64,000 nt of DNA from Sedimentisphaerales bacterium (GCA_963663805.2 CAXXMR010000012.1:96001-160000), one strand, 5' to 3'. Positions 10,137 through 20,359 are shown, numbered from the stretch's first letter. Notes: a model not told the origin generated them from the letters alone. Numbers and translations are program-made.

Positions 10137-11544
10137 ATCGAAAAACATTTACCTGATTCAGGCCCTGCCCATCGTCACAGCCTTGCTGGCGGCATACTTT
10201 ATATATTATCTACTAACTGCCCAGCCGTCTCAGCTCACCCGGCGTCTGCCCGGTGCCGACAACGCCCCAGCCAAAACCACCAATCAACCTGTTGCCAAAA
10301 CCACTGGCACCCTCAAAACTTTCGATACTCAACCGGCAGATATTCCCGGCAGTTTTCCGCAGTTTCGCGGCCCCAATCGCGACGGTGTTATCAGCGACCC
10401 CAAAACCAGACTGCTCTACCAATGGCCTGACAACGGTCCCGAAATACTCTGGCAACTCCCCGTTGGCGAAGGTTATGCCGGTGCGTCCATCCATAATGGC
10501 AAGGTTTATATCATCGATTATGACCGCGAAAATCAACGTGATTTTATCCGCTGTTTGTCGCTGGAGACCGGTCGTGATATATGGCAATTTTCCTATCCTG
10601 TCTCTGTCAAACGCAACCACGGCATGAGCCGCACTATCCCGGCGGTTAGCGACGAGTTTGTCGTCACCATCGGCCCCAAATGCCACGTCACCTGCCTTGA
10701 TTCCGCCACCGGCAAATTCCTCTGGATGATTGACCTGGAAAGAGAATACGGCACGACTGTGCCGCCCTGGTATGCCGGGCAATGCCCTCTAATTGATAAT
10801 CGTACCGCTATAATCGCTCCGGCGGGGCCTGAATTTCTGGTTATCGCGGTTGATTGTGCAACCGGCGAAATTATCTGGCGCAGCCCCAACCTTCGCTCCT
10901 GGAAAATGACCCACTCATCAGTTATGCCCGCGGAGTTTTTCGGTCGAAAAATGTACATTTATTGTGCCACCGGCGGGGTGACCGCTATTAACGCTCAGGA
11001 CGGCTCGGTCATCTGGGACAGTAACACCTGGAAAATTCGTATCGCTAACGTCCCTACGCCTGTGATTATCGACAACAACCAAATTTTCTTTTCCGGCGGA
11101 TACAATACCGGCAGTATGATGATGCAGCTCACTCAGGAAAACCAGCAAATCATCCCCCAGGTTATCTATACCCTGCCGCCCGACACCTTCGGCTCGGCCC
11201 AGCAAACTCCTATATATTATCAAGGTCACATCTACGGAGTTCGACCCGATGAACAGTTCGTCTGCCTTGATCTCACCGGGCGTATCCTCTGGACCAGTAC
11301 CACTGCTCAGAAGTTCGGTTTGGGGCCGTATCTCATCGTCAACGACATCATCTACATCCTCGACGACAACGGACGAATCACCATGGCCCGCGCCCAGCCC
11401 ACATCTTTTGAAATGCTCGGCCAAGCCCAAATCCTCACCGGACACGATGCCTGGGCCCCTCTCGCCTACGCCGCCGGCAGAATCATTATCCGCGACCTCA
11501 ACACCATGGCCTGCCTCAAAATCGCCGATATCTCCCGGCCTTGA
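10129..11544 (+). CDS. Membrane-anchored PQQ-like beta-propeller protein
   Basis: N-terminal TM; FPQFRGPNRDG, WPDNGPEILW and C-terminal WAPLAYAAGRIIIRD motifs typical of planctomycete propellers. Confidence 0.85.
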   Translation: MNKSKNIYLIQALPIVTALLAAYFIYYLLTAQPSQLTRRLPGADNAPAKTTNQPVAKTTGTLKTFDTQPADIPGSFPQFRGPNRDGVISDPKTRLLYQWPDNGPEILWQLPVGEGYAGASIHNGKVYIIDYDRENQRDFIRCLSLETGRDIWQFSYPVSVKRNHGMSRTIPAVSDEFVVTIGPKCHVTCLDSATGKFLWMIDLEREYGTTVPPWYAGQCPLIDNRTAIIAPAGPEFLVIAVDCATGEIIWRSPNLRSWKMTHSSVMPAEFFGRKMYIYCATGGVTAINAQDGSVIWDSNTWKIRIANVPTPVIIDNNQIFFSGGYNTGSMMMQLTQENQQIIPQVIYTLPPDTFGSAQQTPIYYQGHIYGVRPDEQFVCLDLTGRILWTSTTAQKFGLGPYLIVNDIIYILDDNGRITMARAQPTSFEMLGQAQILTGHDAWAPLAYAAGRIIIRDLNTMACLKIADISRP

Positions 11545-11576
11545 TTTATGACAACAACCCCGATAGAATAATTTAT

Positions 11577-12623
11577 ATGAACTATGAACCACCCAAAAAC
11601 CCTCTAAAAGTTTACCTGATTCTAATTGCGGCAGTCAGCATCACCATGGTCGCGATGATGACCTACGATATTGCCGGGCGAAAACCAAAACCACTGCCCA
11701 GAAAACACACCTACCAAATGCCCCCGCAATTCAATATCAGCCCTGACCAGGTCTCTTATATGCCCGCCCATATCCCCTGGCCTACCATGCTCACCGAATC
11801 TCGCGCGATTACGGTCAGCCACAGAGGCTTGATTTATATCGCCGGTGACAGTCTGGTGAATATATTCGAACCTGCGGGCCATTTACTCAAAACACTTGAG
11901 CTGCCGGGCGAACCTACCGCAATTCAATGGTTTGACAATAAACTTTTTATCGCCCTGAACAACCAGTTCATCATCCACAACCTTCAGACCGGTCAGCAGG
12001 AAAAATGGGACCTCAAATCAGAAGCTCCCCTCATCACCAGTCTGGCCGTCGATAACGAAAACATCTATCTTGCCGATGCCGCCAACCGAATCGTTCTGCG
12101 CTGTGACCATCAGGGCAATATCATCAACCGAATCGGCGAGGCTGACCCCGAAAAGGAAATTCCCGGTTTTGTCGTACCCAGTCCTTATTTCGATTTGGCG
12201 CTGGCTCCTGACGGGCTGCTTCGCGTGGTCAATCCCGGCCGCCATCAAATAGAAGCCTACACTCCCAACAGCGACCGCGAATTCGCCTGGGGTAAACCCG
12301 GTGCACAGGTTGAGAATTTCTGTGGCTGCTGCAACCCCGTCAGCCTCGCACTTTTGCCCGACGGCAGATTTGTTACCGCTGAAAAGGGAATACCCCGCGT
12401 TAAAATCTATGACCTTGACGGCAATTTTCAAACCTTCGTCGCCGGAGCCAACCAGCTTCTTGATGCGGACGAAATCGAACTAATAATGGAACTGCCCGGC
12501 GACTCAAAAACACACAGCTACGACCTGGCCGTCAGCGACAAAACAATCATCCTGCTCGACCGCGGCAGAAATCTCGTCCATTCCTTCATACCCCGACATC
12601 CCCCCAAACATGAAGACTTGTAG
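11577..12623 (+). CDS. Membrane-anchored NHL-like beta-propeller with CGCC motif
   Basis: N-terminal TM; NHL-like blades (IYLADAANRIV, FVTAEKGIPRVKIY); FCGCCNP; start ATG 11577 or TTG 11541. Confidence 0.75.
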   Translation: MNYEPPKNPLKVYLILIAAVSITMVAMMTYDIAGRKPKPLPRKHTYQMPPQFNISPDQVSYMPAHIPWPTMLTESRAITVSHRGLIYIAGDSLVNIFEPAGHLLKTLELPGEPTAIQWFDNKLFIALNNQFIIHNLQTGQQEKWDLKSEAPLITSLAVDNENIYLADAANRIVLRCDHQGNIINRIGEADPEKEIPGFVVPSPYFDLALAPDGLLRVVNPGRHQIEAYTPNSDREFAWGKPGAQVENFCGCCNPVSLALLPDGRFVTAEKGIPRVKIYDLDGNFQTFVAGANQLLDADEIELIMELPGDSKTHSYDLAVSDKTIILLDRGRNLVHSFIPRHPPKHEDL

Positions 12624-12837
12624 AAGAAAAATAATCACAGACTTTATCTATCTCGCCGCTGCCGCTGCCCTGTCAGTCGCTGGCTATACCCTCACTCGTA
12701 AAAAAACTTCTGGCCAGTCCAGTCAAACCTGCATCGCTCAGGGAATATGCAGCCAATGTGATGTTTATCGAACCTGCCGACTGCCCGCGGCCTTGTCACG
12801 GAAAAAAGTTTTAGCGAATTTCCAAAATGAAAAATGA
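12610..12837 (+). CDS. Small membrane-anchored Cys-rich protein
   Basis: RR plus hydrophobic helix, then C-x5-C-x2-C-x5-C; overlaps both neighbours. Confidence 0.65.
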   Translation: MKTCRRKIITDFIYLAAAAALSVAGYTLTRKKTSGQSSQTCIAQGICSQCDVYRTCRLPAALSRKKVLANFQNEK

Positions 12838-13396
12838 AACGTCAGACCAAAAGCCTGTTTCCCGCCGTGAGATAATCGCCCGCTGGGCCGCTGCCGCCTG
12901 CGCGGGCATTACCGGCCTGTCGCTCGCCCGCCGCAGTCAGGCCGAAAACTACCTCTGGCAAATCGACCCGCACAAATGCATCGCCTGCGGCAAATGTGCC
13001 ACTCATTGCGTACTTGAAGAATCCGCCGTCAAATGTGTTCACGCCTTCGCGATATGCGGCTATTGTGAGTTATGTACCGGTTTTTTCGAGCCGGAACCCC
13101 GCCAACTCGACACCGCCGCGGAAAATCAGCTCTGTCCCGCCGCCGCCATCAAACGTACCTTCATCGAAGACCCCTACTACGAATATACCATCGACGAAAC
13201 TCTTTGTATCGGCTGCGGCAAATGCGTAAAAGGGTGCAGCGCGTTTGGGAACGGTTCACTTTTCCTCCAGATTCGCCACGACCGCTGCGTCAACTGTAAT
13301 GAATGCTCCATCGCCGCGGCCTGCCCCGCTCAGGCCGTCAGTAAAGTACCCGCCTCATCACCTTACCTAATCAAAAACATGGAAGGCCGTCCATGA
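12827..13396 (+). CDS. Polyferredoxin with twin-arginine-like leader (NapG-like)
   Basis: SRREII plus hydrophobic stretch; CIACGKCATHC, CGYCELC, CIGCGKCVKGC and CVNCNEC...CP motifs. Confidence 0.8.
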   Translation: MKNETSDQKPVSRREIIARWAAAACAGITGLSLARRSQAENYLWQIDPHKCIACGKCATHCVLEESAVKCVHAFAICGYCELCTGFFEPEPRQLDTAAENQLCPAAAIKRTFIEDPYYEYTIDETLCIGCGKCVKGCSAFGNGSLFLQIRHDRCVNCNECSIAAACPAQAVSKVPASSPYLIKNMEGRP

Positions 13397-14682
13397 CCTG
13401 CCCCCGCACCTTCCTGCTACCCTTAATCATTTTCATAACGGTTCTCACCACCGCCCTGAATGCCGTCGAACGCTTCCCGCCGCCCGACTTCACCGAAACC
13501 AACCACCAACTACCCAATACCAACTACATCCTCAACGCCCAGCCCCGCGCCAACATCTGGCAGTACATCGACATCGCCCTGCTCGCCAGCTCACTCACCC
13601 TGGCTGTCTATTTTGTCATCTACCGCCGCTCTCGCAAATTGACCTACATCCTCATGATTTTCAGTCTGCTCTATTTCGGATTCATCCGCCGGGGCTGTGT
13701 CTGTTCAATCGGCTCAATTCAAAACGTCACCCTCGCGACTTTCAACTCAACTTACATTCTGCCACTTGTCGTACTGATTTTCTTCCTGCTGCCTATTATC
13801 GTCACACTTTTCTGGGGCCGGGTTTTTTGCGCTGCCGTCTGTCCGCTCGGCGCTATCCAGGATTTCGTTTTGCTGCGTCCCTTGCGTATTCCTGTCTGGC
13901 TGGAATCAGCCTTGCGTTTAATCGCGTATATCTACCTTGCCCTGGCTGTTATTTACGCCGCCACCGGCACGGGCTTTCTAATCTGTCGCTATGACCCCTT
14001 TGTTTCCTTTTTTCGCTTTTCCGGCCCTTTTAATATAATAATTTTCGGTCTGGCCATCCTTGTTATCGCTCTTTTTGTGGGTCGGCCTTATTGTCGCTTC
14101 CTGTGTCCTTACGGTGTAATCCTCCGTCAGTTCTCCCGCCTTTCCCGCCGCAAAATATCCATCACCCCCGACGAATGTATCAACTGTCGCCTCTGTGAAA
14201 ACGCCTGCCCCTTCAACGCCATCGGCAAACCCACCGCCGACTGGCCGGAACAGGGCTATCACTTCCGCAAGAAACTTCTTGCCGCCTCAATCCTCCTGCT
14301 GCCTCTGCTGATTTTCCTAATGGCCCACATATTCGCCGCCCTCAGTCCTCAAATGGCCCAATCTCACCCGACCGTCCACCTCGCCCGCCAAATCAAACTG
14401 GAAAACACCAACCCCGACCTGCCCACTACGGTTGCGTCTCGCGCATTTCGCGCCGTCGGCAAACCGGTCGAAACCCTCTACCTGCAAGCTGAAATCATTA
14501 CCGGCAAATTCCGCTTCGCCGCCTGGCTGGCTGGTGCCTGCGTCGGTCTCATCGCCGGCCTCAAACTAATCGATATGTCCATCCAGAAAAAACGTACCAA
14601 TTATTACGCCGACCCCGCCGGCTGTCTCGCCTGCGGAAGATGTTACCAGCACTGTCCCCGCGAACAACTGAGATTGAAATGA
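13393..14682 (+). CDS. Polytopic membrane 4Fe-4S protein (NapH/MauN/RdxA-like)
   Basis: Multiple TMs; GRVFCAAVCPLG, GRPYCRFLCPYG, CINCRLCENACP and C-terminal CLACGRCYQHCP. Confidence 0.85.
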   Translation: MTCPRTFLLPLIIFITVLTTALNAVERFPPPDFTETNHQLPNTNYILNAQPRANIWQYIDIALLASSLTLAVYFVIYRRSRKLTYILMIFSLLYFGFIRRGCVCSIGSIQNVTLATFNSTYILPLVVLIFFLLPIIVTLFWGRVFCAAVCPLGAIQDFVLLRPLRIPVWLESALRLIAYIYLALAVIYAATGTGFLICRYDPFVSFFRFSGPFNIIIFGLAILVIALFVGRPYCRFLCPYGVILRQFSRLSRRKISITPDECINCRLCENACPFNAIGKPTADWPEQGYHFRKKLLAASILLLPLLIFLMAHIFAALSPQMAQSHPTVHLARQIKLENTNPDLPTTVASRAFRAVGKPVETLYLQAEIITGKFRFAAWLAGACVGLIAGLKLIDMSIQKKRTNYYADPAGCLACGRCYQHCPREQLRLK

Positions 14683-16376
14683 CCGAACCAAATAATAATC
14701 AATGGCAGAAAAGTCTGCTCGCTACCGCGATTATCGCCGGGGTGTTTTCGGCTGCGGTTCTCTCTCTGCTGGCTGTCAACTATGTCCGTGCCAAAGTAAT
14801 CTATCCTCTCAAAAGCGAACGACTCGAACTGCTCAAGCTCAAAATCTCCGAAACCCCCAACGACCAAAATCTGCTCGAACAAATCCGCCAACTCGACCTT
14901 GAAATCCGCCAATACGCATTAGACAAAACCCAATTATCCCGCCCCGCCGTGATATTTCTGATTTTCGGCATTGTCATTTGCCTGGCATGTCTCCAGATTC
15001 GCGACAGTCTCCACCGAAAAACACAAATCCCCCCACCCGACCACGACCGACCCTATCAACAATTAAAAAACTCCTACCTCACCCGCACTTCCCTGCTCAC
15101 CCTGATAATCATTATAATAACCACATCCCTGTTTTATATCATAAATCAAGACTCACCTGTCGTGGAAACCGCCACCGAATCCGCACCCTATCCCACTATC
15201 GAACAACTCCGCTCAAACTGGCCTCGTTTCCGCGGCTTCGCCGGCGCCAGCCATTGCCCATATACCGACATCCCGACCCAATGGAGCGAATCACAAAACC
15301 AGAATATCCTCTGGAAATCACCCGTGCCGCTGGCCGGTTTTAACTCACCGATAATCTGGCAGGATAAAATCTTCCTCGCCGGTGCCACCCAAACCCAACG
15401 ACAGGTCTACTGCTACAGTCTAAACGACGGCACATTAAAATGGACCGTCGATATTCCCGGCCCCACCGACACAAAGGTTGAGGTAATGGAAGACACCGGC
15501 CTGGCTGCTCCAACCCTCACCACCGACGGACGAGCTGTTTACGCCATCTTCCCAACCGGTGACATCGCCGCGATAACTCTTACCGGAAAAATCATCTGGC
15601 ACCGCTCGCTCGGCGTCCCCGAAAACGCCTACGGCTATGCCACCTCGCTTCTCATGTACCAAAACCGCCTCATCGTCCAGTACGACCAGGCTACCCCTGA
15701 AGACAACAAATCCAAACTGCTCGCCCTCGATTATCGCACCGGCCAAACCATCCGCGAAAAAACCCGTCCTGTTGGCAATGCCTGGACCACGCCAATCATC
15801 GCCGAAATCAACGGCACCGCCCAGCTCATCACCGTCGCTGAGCCTTATACCATCGCCTACAACCCCGCTGACTTCACCGAAATATGGCGTGTTCGCTGTA
15901 TCGGAGCCGACGCCGGCGCTTCACCCATCTACGCCGCACCGTATATCATCACCGTCTCACCCTACGAAGAAATCACCGCCATCAATCCCACCGGCACCGG
16001 CGACATCACCGACACCAATATCGTCTGGACCACCTCCGAAGGACTGCCCGACACCGCCTCACCGCTCAGCGACGAAAATTATCTCTATGTCATCGAAACC
16101 TACGGCACACTGACCTGCCTCAACCTCAAGACCGGCCAAAAAATCTGGGACCACACCTTCGACACTTCCTTCCAGGCCTCACCCTCACTCAGTGCCGATA
16201 AAATCTACCTTATCGGTGCCGAAGGAACCAGCTTCGTCATCCAGGCCGGACCAGAATACAAACAAATTGCCCAATGCGACCTGGCCGAAGGTGCCCTCGC
16301 TTCACCGGCCTTCGCTCCGGCTCGTATGATAATCAGAACCAAAAACTATCTCTACTGCGTAAGTTCAGCTAAATGA
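14679..16376 (+). CDS. PQQ-like beta-propeller with N-terminal 3-TM/coiled-coil module
   Basis: Start ATG 14679 (ATGA overlap); three hydrophobic segments, then NWPRFRG, NILWKSPVPLAGFNSPIIW and ASPAFA..IIRT. Confidence 0.85.
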   Translation: MTEPNNNQWQKSLLATAIIAGVFSAAVLSLLAVNYVRAKVIYPLKSERLELLKLKISETPNDQNLLEQIRQLDLEIRQYALDKTQLSRPAVIFLIFGIVICLACLQIRDSLHRKTQIPPPDHDRPYQQLKNSYLTRTSLLTLIIIIITTSLFYIINQDSPVVETATESAPYPTIEQLRSNWPRFRGFAGASHCPYTDIPTQWSESQNQNILWKSPVPLAGFNSPIIWQDKIFLAGATQTQRQVYCYSLNDGTLKWTVDIPGPTDTKVEVMEDTGLAAPTLTTDGRAVYAIFPTGDIAAITLTGKIIWHRSLGVPENAYGYATSLLMYQNRLIVQYDQATPEDNKSKLLALDYRTGQTIREKTRPVGNAWTTPIIAEINGTAQLITVAEPYTIAYNPADFTEIWRVRCIGADAGASPIYAAPYIITVSPYEEITAINPTGTGDITDTNIVWTTSEGLPDTASPLSDENYLYVIETYGTLTCLNLKTGQKIWDHTFDTSFQASPSLSADKIYLIGAEGTSFVIQAGPEYKQIAQCDLAEGALASPAFAPARMIIRTKNYLYCVSSAK

Positions 16377-18724
16377 CAGATAACCAGACCAGACAATTTG
16401 TTGATACGCTCATCAGCGAAAAGGGAAGCTCCTTAGAATCGCTGCTTGGTCTGCTTTACGGTATCCAGAACCGTTTCGGCTATCTGCCCCAGCCGGCACT
16501 TGAGTACCTCTGTGAAATTACTGAAATTACCCCCGCTAATGTTATCGGTGTCGCTACCTTTTACGACATTTTTCGTTTTAGCCCCGCGGGGAAGTATACC
16601 ATAAATGTCTGCGTGGGTACTGCCTGCCATGTCAAAGGCGCTCAATCGGTTTTCGAAGCCTTCAAACGCAGCCTTAAAATCTCACCCGATAATGATACCG
16701 ACACTGACAAACTTTTTACCGTCCGTAAAGTCGCCTGCCTCGGCTGCTGCACCCTCGCTCCGGCGGTGCAGATTGACCAGACCACTTACGGCCACGTATC
16801 ACCCGACACCGTAAGCGACGTTATCGAAAATTTCCTGCTCCACCACAGTCAAAAATCAACTGTCACAACCAGCGACAAAGGTGAGGTTCACCAATATCAG
16901 GGAGAAACGCGTATTGGACTAGGCTCCTGCTGCGTCGCCCGCGGCAGTGAAAAAATCCGCCAGGCACTTATCGCCGCTCTCGACCAGACCGGCATCAAAC
17001 TCCGCATCAAACATGTCGGCTGTGTCGGTATATGCTCCCAGACCCCCCTGCTCGAAATCGTCATGCCCGACCAGCAAACCTTTCTCTATGCTCGCGTCCA
17101 GCCCCACGAGGTCAAAGACATCATCCTCCGCCATTTCAAACCCACCAGCCGCATCCGCTCCGCCCTCAACAGAACCTCCCACTTCCTCGACCGCCTCCTC
17201 ACCGACAGCCTCGAACCAACCCTGCGAACCTACCCCCTCGACCAGCGTGACCCCATCCTCACCGACTTCCTCACCCCTCAACATCACATCACCACCGAAA
17301 ACTGCGGCACCGCCGACCCCACCGACCTTACCGAATACCAAAATACCGGTGGATTCAGCGCCCTGGGGCAATGCCTCCAAAACCTCAACCCCGACCAGAT
17401 TATCAACATGATTAAAACCGCCGGACTCAGAGGCCGCGGCGGAGCGGGCTATCCTGCCCACCTAAAATGGTCAGCCGTCAAAAACCATCACGCCGAAACA
17501 AAATATCTCATCTGTAACGGCGACGAGGGCGACCCCGGTGCATTCATGGACCGCATGTTAATGGAGTCATACCCCTTCCGCGTCATCGAAGGCATTATCA
17601 TCGCTGCCTTCACTCTCAATATCAGACAGGGCTATTTCTACATCCGGGCCGAATACCCCCTCGCCATCCGCCGCGTCACCCAGGCCCTCGAAATCTGCCG
17701 CCGGAACAACCTGCTCGGCCCCAATATCCTCCAGTCAGATTTCTCCTTCGACCTCAAAATCACCCCCGGTGCCGGCGCTTTCGTCTGCGGCGAAGAAACC
17801 GCCCTCATCGCTGGCATCGAAGGCCGTCGCGGTATGCCCCGCCTGCGACCCCCTTATCCCGCTCAAAAGGGTTTGTGGTCCCAACCGACTCTCATCAACA
17901 ATGTCGAAACCTTTGCCTCCGTACCTTACATCATCAATAAAGGCCCCGACCACTACGCTCAACTAGGGACAGCTCAGAGTAAAGGCACTAAAGTATTCGC
18001 CCTGGCCGGCAAAGTCGCCCACGGCGGACTTATCGAAGTGCCTATGGGCATCACCATCCGCCAGGTCGTCGAAAAAATCGGCGGCGGCATCGCCAACAAT
18101 CTAAAATTCAAAGCCGTCCAGGTCGGCGGCCCCAGCGGCGGCTGTATCCCCGCCCATCTTGCCAACACCCCCATCGACTACGAATCATTAAAACACGTTA
18201 ACGCTATCATGGGCAGCGGCGGCCTGGTCGTACTCGACGAAACCGACTGCATGGTTGACATCGCCCGCTACTTCCTCCAGTTTACCCAGGACCAGTCCTG
18301 TGGCCGATGCACACCTTGCCGTGTCGGCACCCGTCGTATGCTGGAAATCCTCGACCGACTCTGCACCGGCACCGCCCAACCTGACGACCTCGACCAGCTT
18401 CGCCAACTCGCCTCATACATCCAGTCCGCCAGCCTCTGCGCCCTCGGCAGTACCGCGCCCAACCCCGTAATCTCAACTCTCGAACATTTTCCCGAAGAAT
18501 ACCAAGCCCACCTCCAGGGGCGCTGCCCTACCAAAAAATGTAAAGCACTCATAACCTTCACCATCAACGATGAATGTATCGGCTGCACTCTCTGTGCCCA
18601 GCACTGCCCCACTGCCGCCATCGAGCCGGACCCTTACCAAAAACACCACATCGACCCCGATAAATGCGTAAAATGCGGTACCTGCAAAAACATCTGCCCC
18701 ACCCACGCCGTGGAGGTAGAATAA
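16373..18724 (+). CDS. Fused NuoE-like + thioredoxin-like 2Fe-2S + NuoF/HydB-like flavo-Fe-S oxidoreductase
   Basis: CVGTAC...CLGCC; GSCC...GCVGIC; GLRGRGGAG, CNGDEGDPGAFMDR, GAFVCGEETAL, GGPSGG, CGRCTPC; C-terminal 2x[4Fe-4S]. Confidence 0.9.
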   Translation: MTDNQTRQFVDTLISEKGSSLESLLGLLYGIQNRFGYLPQPALEYLCEITEITPANVIGVATFYDIFRFSPAGKYTINVCVGTACHVKGAQSVFEAFKRSLKISPDNDTDTDKLFTVRKVACLGCCTLAPAVQIDQTTYGHVSPDTVSDVIENFLLHHSQKSTVTTSDKGEVHQYQGETRIGLGSCCVARGSEKIRQALIAALDQTGIKLRIKHVGCVGICSQTPLLEIVMPDQQTFLYARVQPHEVKDIILRHFKPTSRIRSALNRTSHFLDRLLTDSLEPTLRTYPLDQRDPILTDFLTPQHHITTENCGTADPTDLTEYQNTGGFSALGQCLQNLNPDQIINMIKTAGLRGRGGAGYPAHLKWSAVKNHHAETKYLICNGDEGDPGAFMDRMLMESYPFRVIEGIIIAAFTLNIRQGYFYIRAEYPLAIRRVTQALEICRRNNLLGPNILQSDFSFDLKITPGAGAFVCGEETALIAGIEGRRGMPRLRPPYPAQKGLWSQPTLINNVETFASVPYIINKGPDHYAQLGTAQSKGTKVFALAGKVAHGGLIEVPMGITIRQVVEKIGGGIANNLKFKAVQVGGPSGGCIPAHLANTPIDYESLKHVNAIMGSGGLVVLDETDCMVDIARYFLQFTQDQSCGRCTPCRVGTRRMLEILDRLCTGTAQPDDLDQLRQLASYIQSASLCALGSTAPNPVISTLEHFPEEYQAHLQGRCPTKKCKALITFTINDECIGCTLCAQHCPTAAIEPDPYQKHHIDPDKCVKCGTCKNICPTHAVEVE

Positions 18725-18731
18725 GAATAAT

Positions 18732-20273
18732 ATGATTACCCTGACTATCGACAACCAGACCGTAACCGTCCCGGCCAACAGTACCATCCTCCAGGCCGCC
18801 CGCCAACTCAATATCGAAATTCCGACCCTCTGTCACCTGAACGATTGCGAACCGTCAACAAGCTGCATGGTCTGCGTCGTCGAAACCCAGACCGGCCAAC
18901 TGCTCCCCGCCTGCGCCGCCCCCGTTCAACCGGACCAGATAATCTCCACCAATAGCCCCCGCGTCATTGACGCCCGCCGCAACGCCCTGGAACTCATCCT
19001 CAGCGAACATCTCGGCGACTGCCACGCACCCTGCCAACTAACCTGTCCCGCCCAGATGAACATCCCTCTGATGATTCGCCAAATCCAACAAGATAAAAAT
19101 GAGACGGCCATTGAAACCGTAAAGACCCACATCGCCCTGCCCGCGACCCTCGGCCGAATCTGCCCCGCACCCTGCGAAAAAGCCTGCCGACGCCGTCAGC
19201 AGGACCAGCCCCTTTCCATCTGCCTGCTCAAAAAATTCGTCGCCGACCTCGACCTCGCTGCCGAACAACCTTATCAACCCCCCTGCGCCCAACCCCTTAA
19301 TAAATCCGTGGCGGTAATCGGAGCTGGACCCGCTGGACTCGCCGCCGCTTATTATCTCAAACAAGCCGGATTAACTGTCACCATTTTCGACGCCAACCCC
19401 TTACCCGGCGGTACCCTGCGTTATTCAATCCCCTCCAACCAGCTCGAACCACAAATACTCGATCGCGAAATTTCAACCATCCTTAACCTCGGCATCGAGT
19501 TCCGCCCCCAAACCACCATCGGAACCGACATAACCCTCGACACCCTCGCCCAAAATTACAATGCCGTTTTCATCGCCGCGGGTTTTTCCGCTAAAGACTA
19601 TCTTCTGGCTGACCTGAAACTCACCTCCGGAACTTTCCAGACTTCCACCCTCAACATCTTCGCCGGCGGCGACATCATCCGCCCCCACTCCCGCCGTCTG
19701 GCCATCCGCTCCCTCGCCGACGGCCGACAGGTCGCCCCCATCATCACCGCCTACCTCCAAAACCAACCCATCCAACCTATCGCCCAACCTTTCAACTCCC
19801 GCATCGGCCGCCTCGAACCCCACGAACTCCAAACCATCCTCCAGCTCGCCCAGCCCAACCCCAGAATCGAACCCGCCGACTCAACCTTCACCCAATCCCA
19901 GGCTCAGACCGAATCTCAGCGCTGCCTTCACTGCGACTGCCGCAAACTCGAAACCTGCCAATTAAAATCTCTAAGCCAGAAATACCATGCCTCACCCCGC
20001 CGCTACCAATCCCCCCGCCGCGAATACCGCCACGACCTCAGCCACCCCAAAATAATTTTCGAACCTGGAAAATGTATCAATTGCGGCATCTGCCTCCAAA
20101 TCACCCGCCAAAACCACGAACAGCTCGGCCTGGCCTTCACCAACCGCGGCTACGACGTCCGCCTAGCCGTCCCCTTCGACCGCCCAGTCAGTCAGGCCCT
20201 CCAAAACTCCGCCCGCCAATGCGTTCAACATTGCCCTACCGCCGCCCTGGCCCTGAAAACACCCGGTAATTGA
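18732..20273 (+). CDS. NuoG/HydA-N-like Fe-S protein with inserted, internally shortened GltD-like FAD domain (StnC/NsoC-like)
   Basis: IPTLC...CMVC...C (2Fe-2S), EHLGDCHAPCQLTCP, GRICPAPCEKAC, VIGAGPAG, IFAGGD, RCLHCDC, CINCGIC...CPTAAL. Confidence 0.85.
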   Translation: MITLTIDNQTVTVPANSTILQAARQLNIEIPTLCHLNDCEPSTSCMVCVVETQTGQLLPACAAPVQPDQIISTNSPRVIDARRNALELILSEHLGDCHAPCQLTCPAQMNIPLMIRQIQQDKNETAIETVKTHIALPATLGRICPAPCEKACRRRQQDQPLSICLLKKFVADLDLAAEQPYQPPCAQPLNKSVAVIGAGPAGLAAAYYLKQAGLTVTIFDANPLPGGTLRYSIPSNQLEPQILDREISTILNLGIEFRPQTTIGTDITLDTLAQNYNAVFIAAGFSAKDYLLADLKLTSGTFQTSTLNIFAGGDIIRPHSRRLAIRSLADGRQVAPIITAYLQNQPIQPIAQPFNSRIGRLEPHELQTILQLAQPNPRIEPADSTFTQSQAQTESQRCLHCDCRKLETCQLKSLSQKYHASPRRYQSPRREYRHDLSHPKIIFEPGKCINCGICLQITRQNHEQLGLAFTNRGYDVRLAVPFDRPVSQALQNSARQCVQHCPTAALALKTPGN

Positions 20274-20298
20274 CTTTCAACCATTTCAACCATATCAT
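20270..20298 (+). promoter_or_regulatory. Internal sigma70-like promoter
   Basis: TTGACT-17 bp-TATCAT in the only sizeable gap between 4991 and 28198; GGAG RBS before 20360. Confidence 0.5.
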
Positions 20299-20359
20299 GA
20301 AAGACAGGCAAAAGAATACTCCACATAATAAACGTTGATTCCCTCGGAGAACAATTAAG

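Noticed and set aside
16373..20273. FeFe hydrogenase, formate dehydrogenase or complex I
   Set aside because: No H-cluster motifs, molybdopterin domain or other nuo subunits
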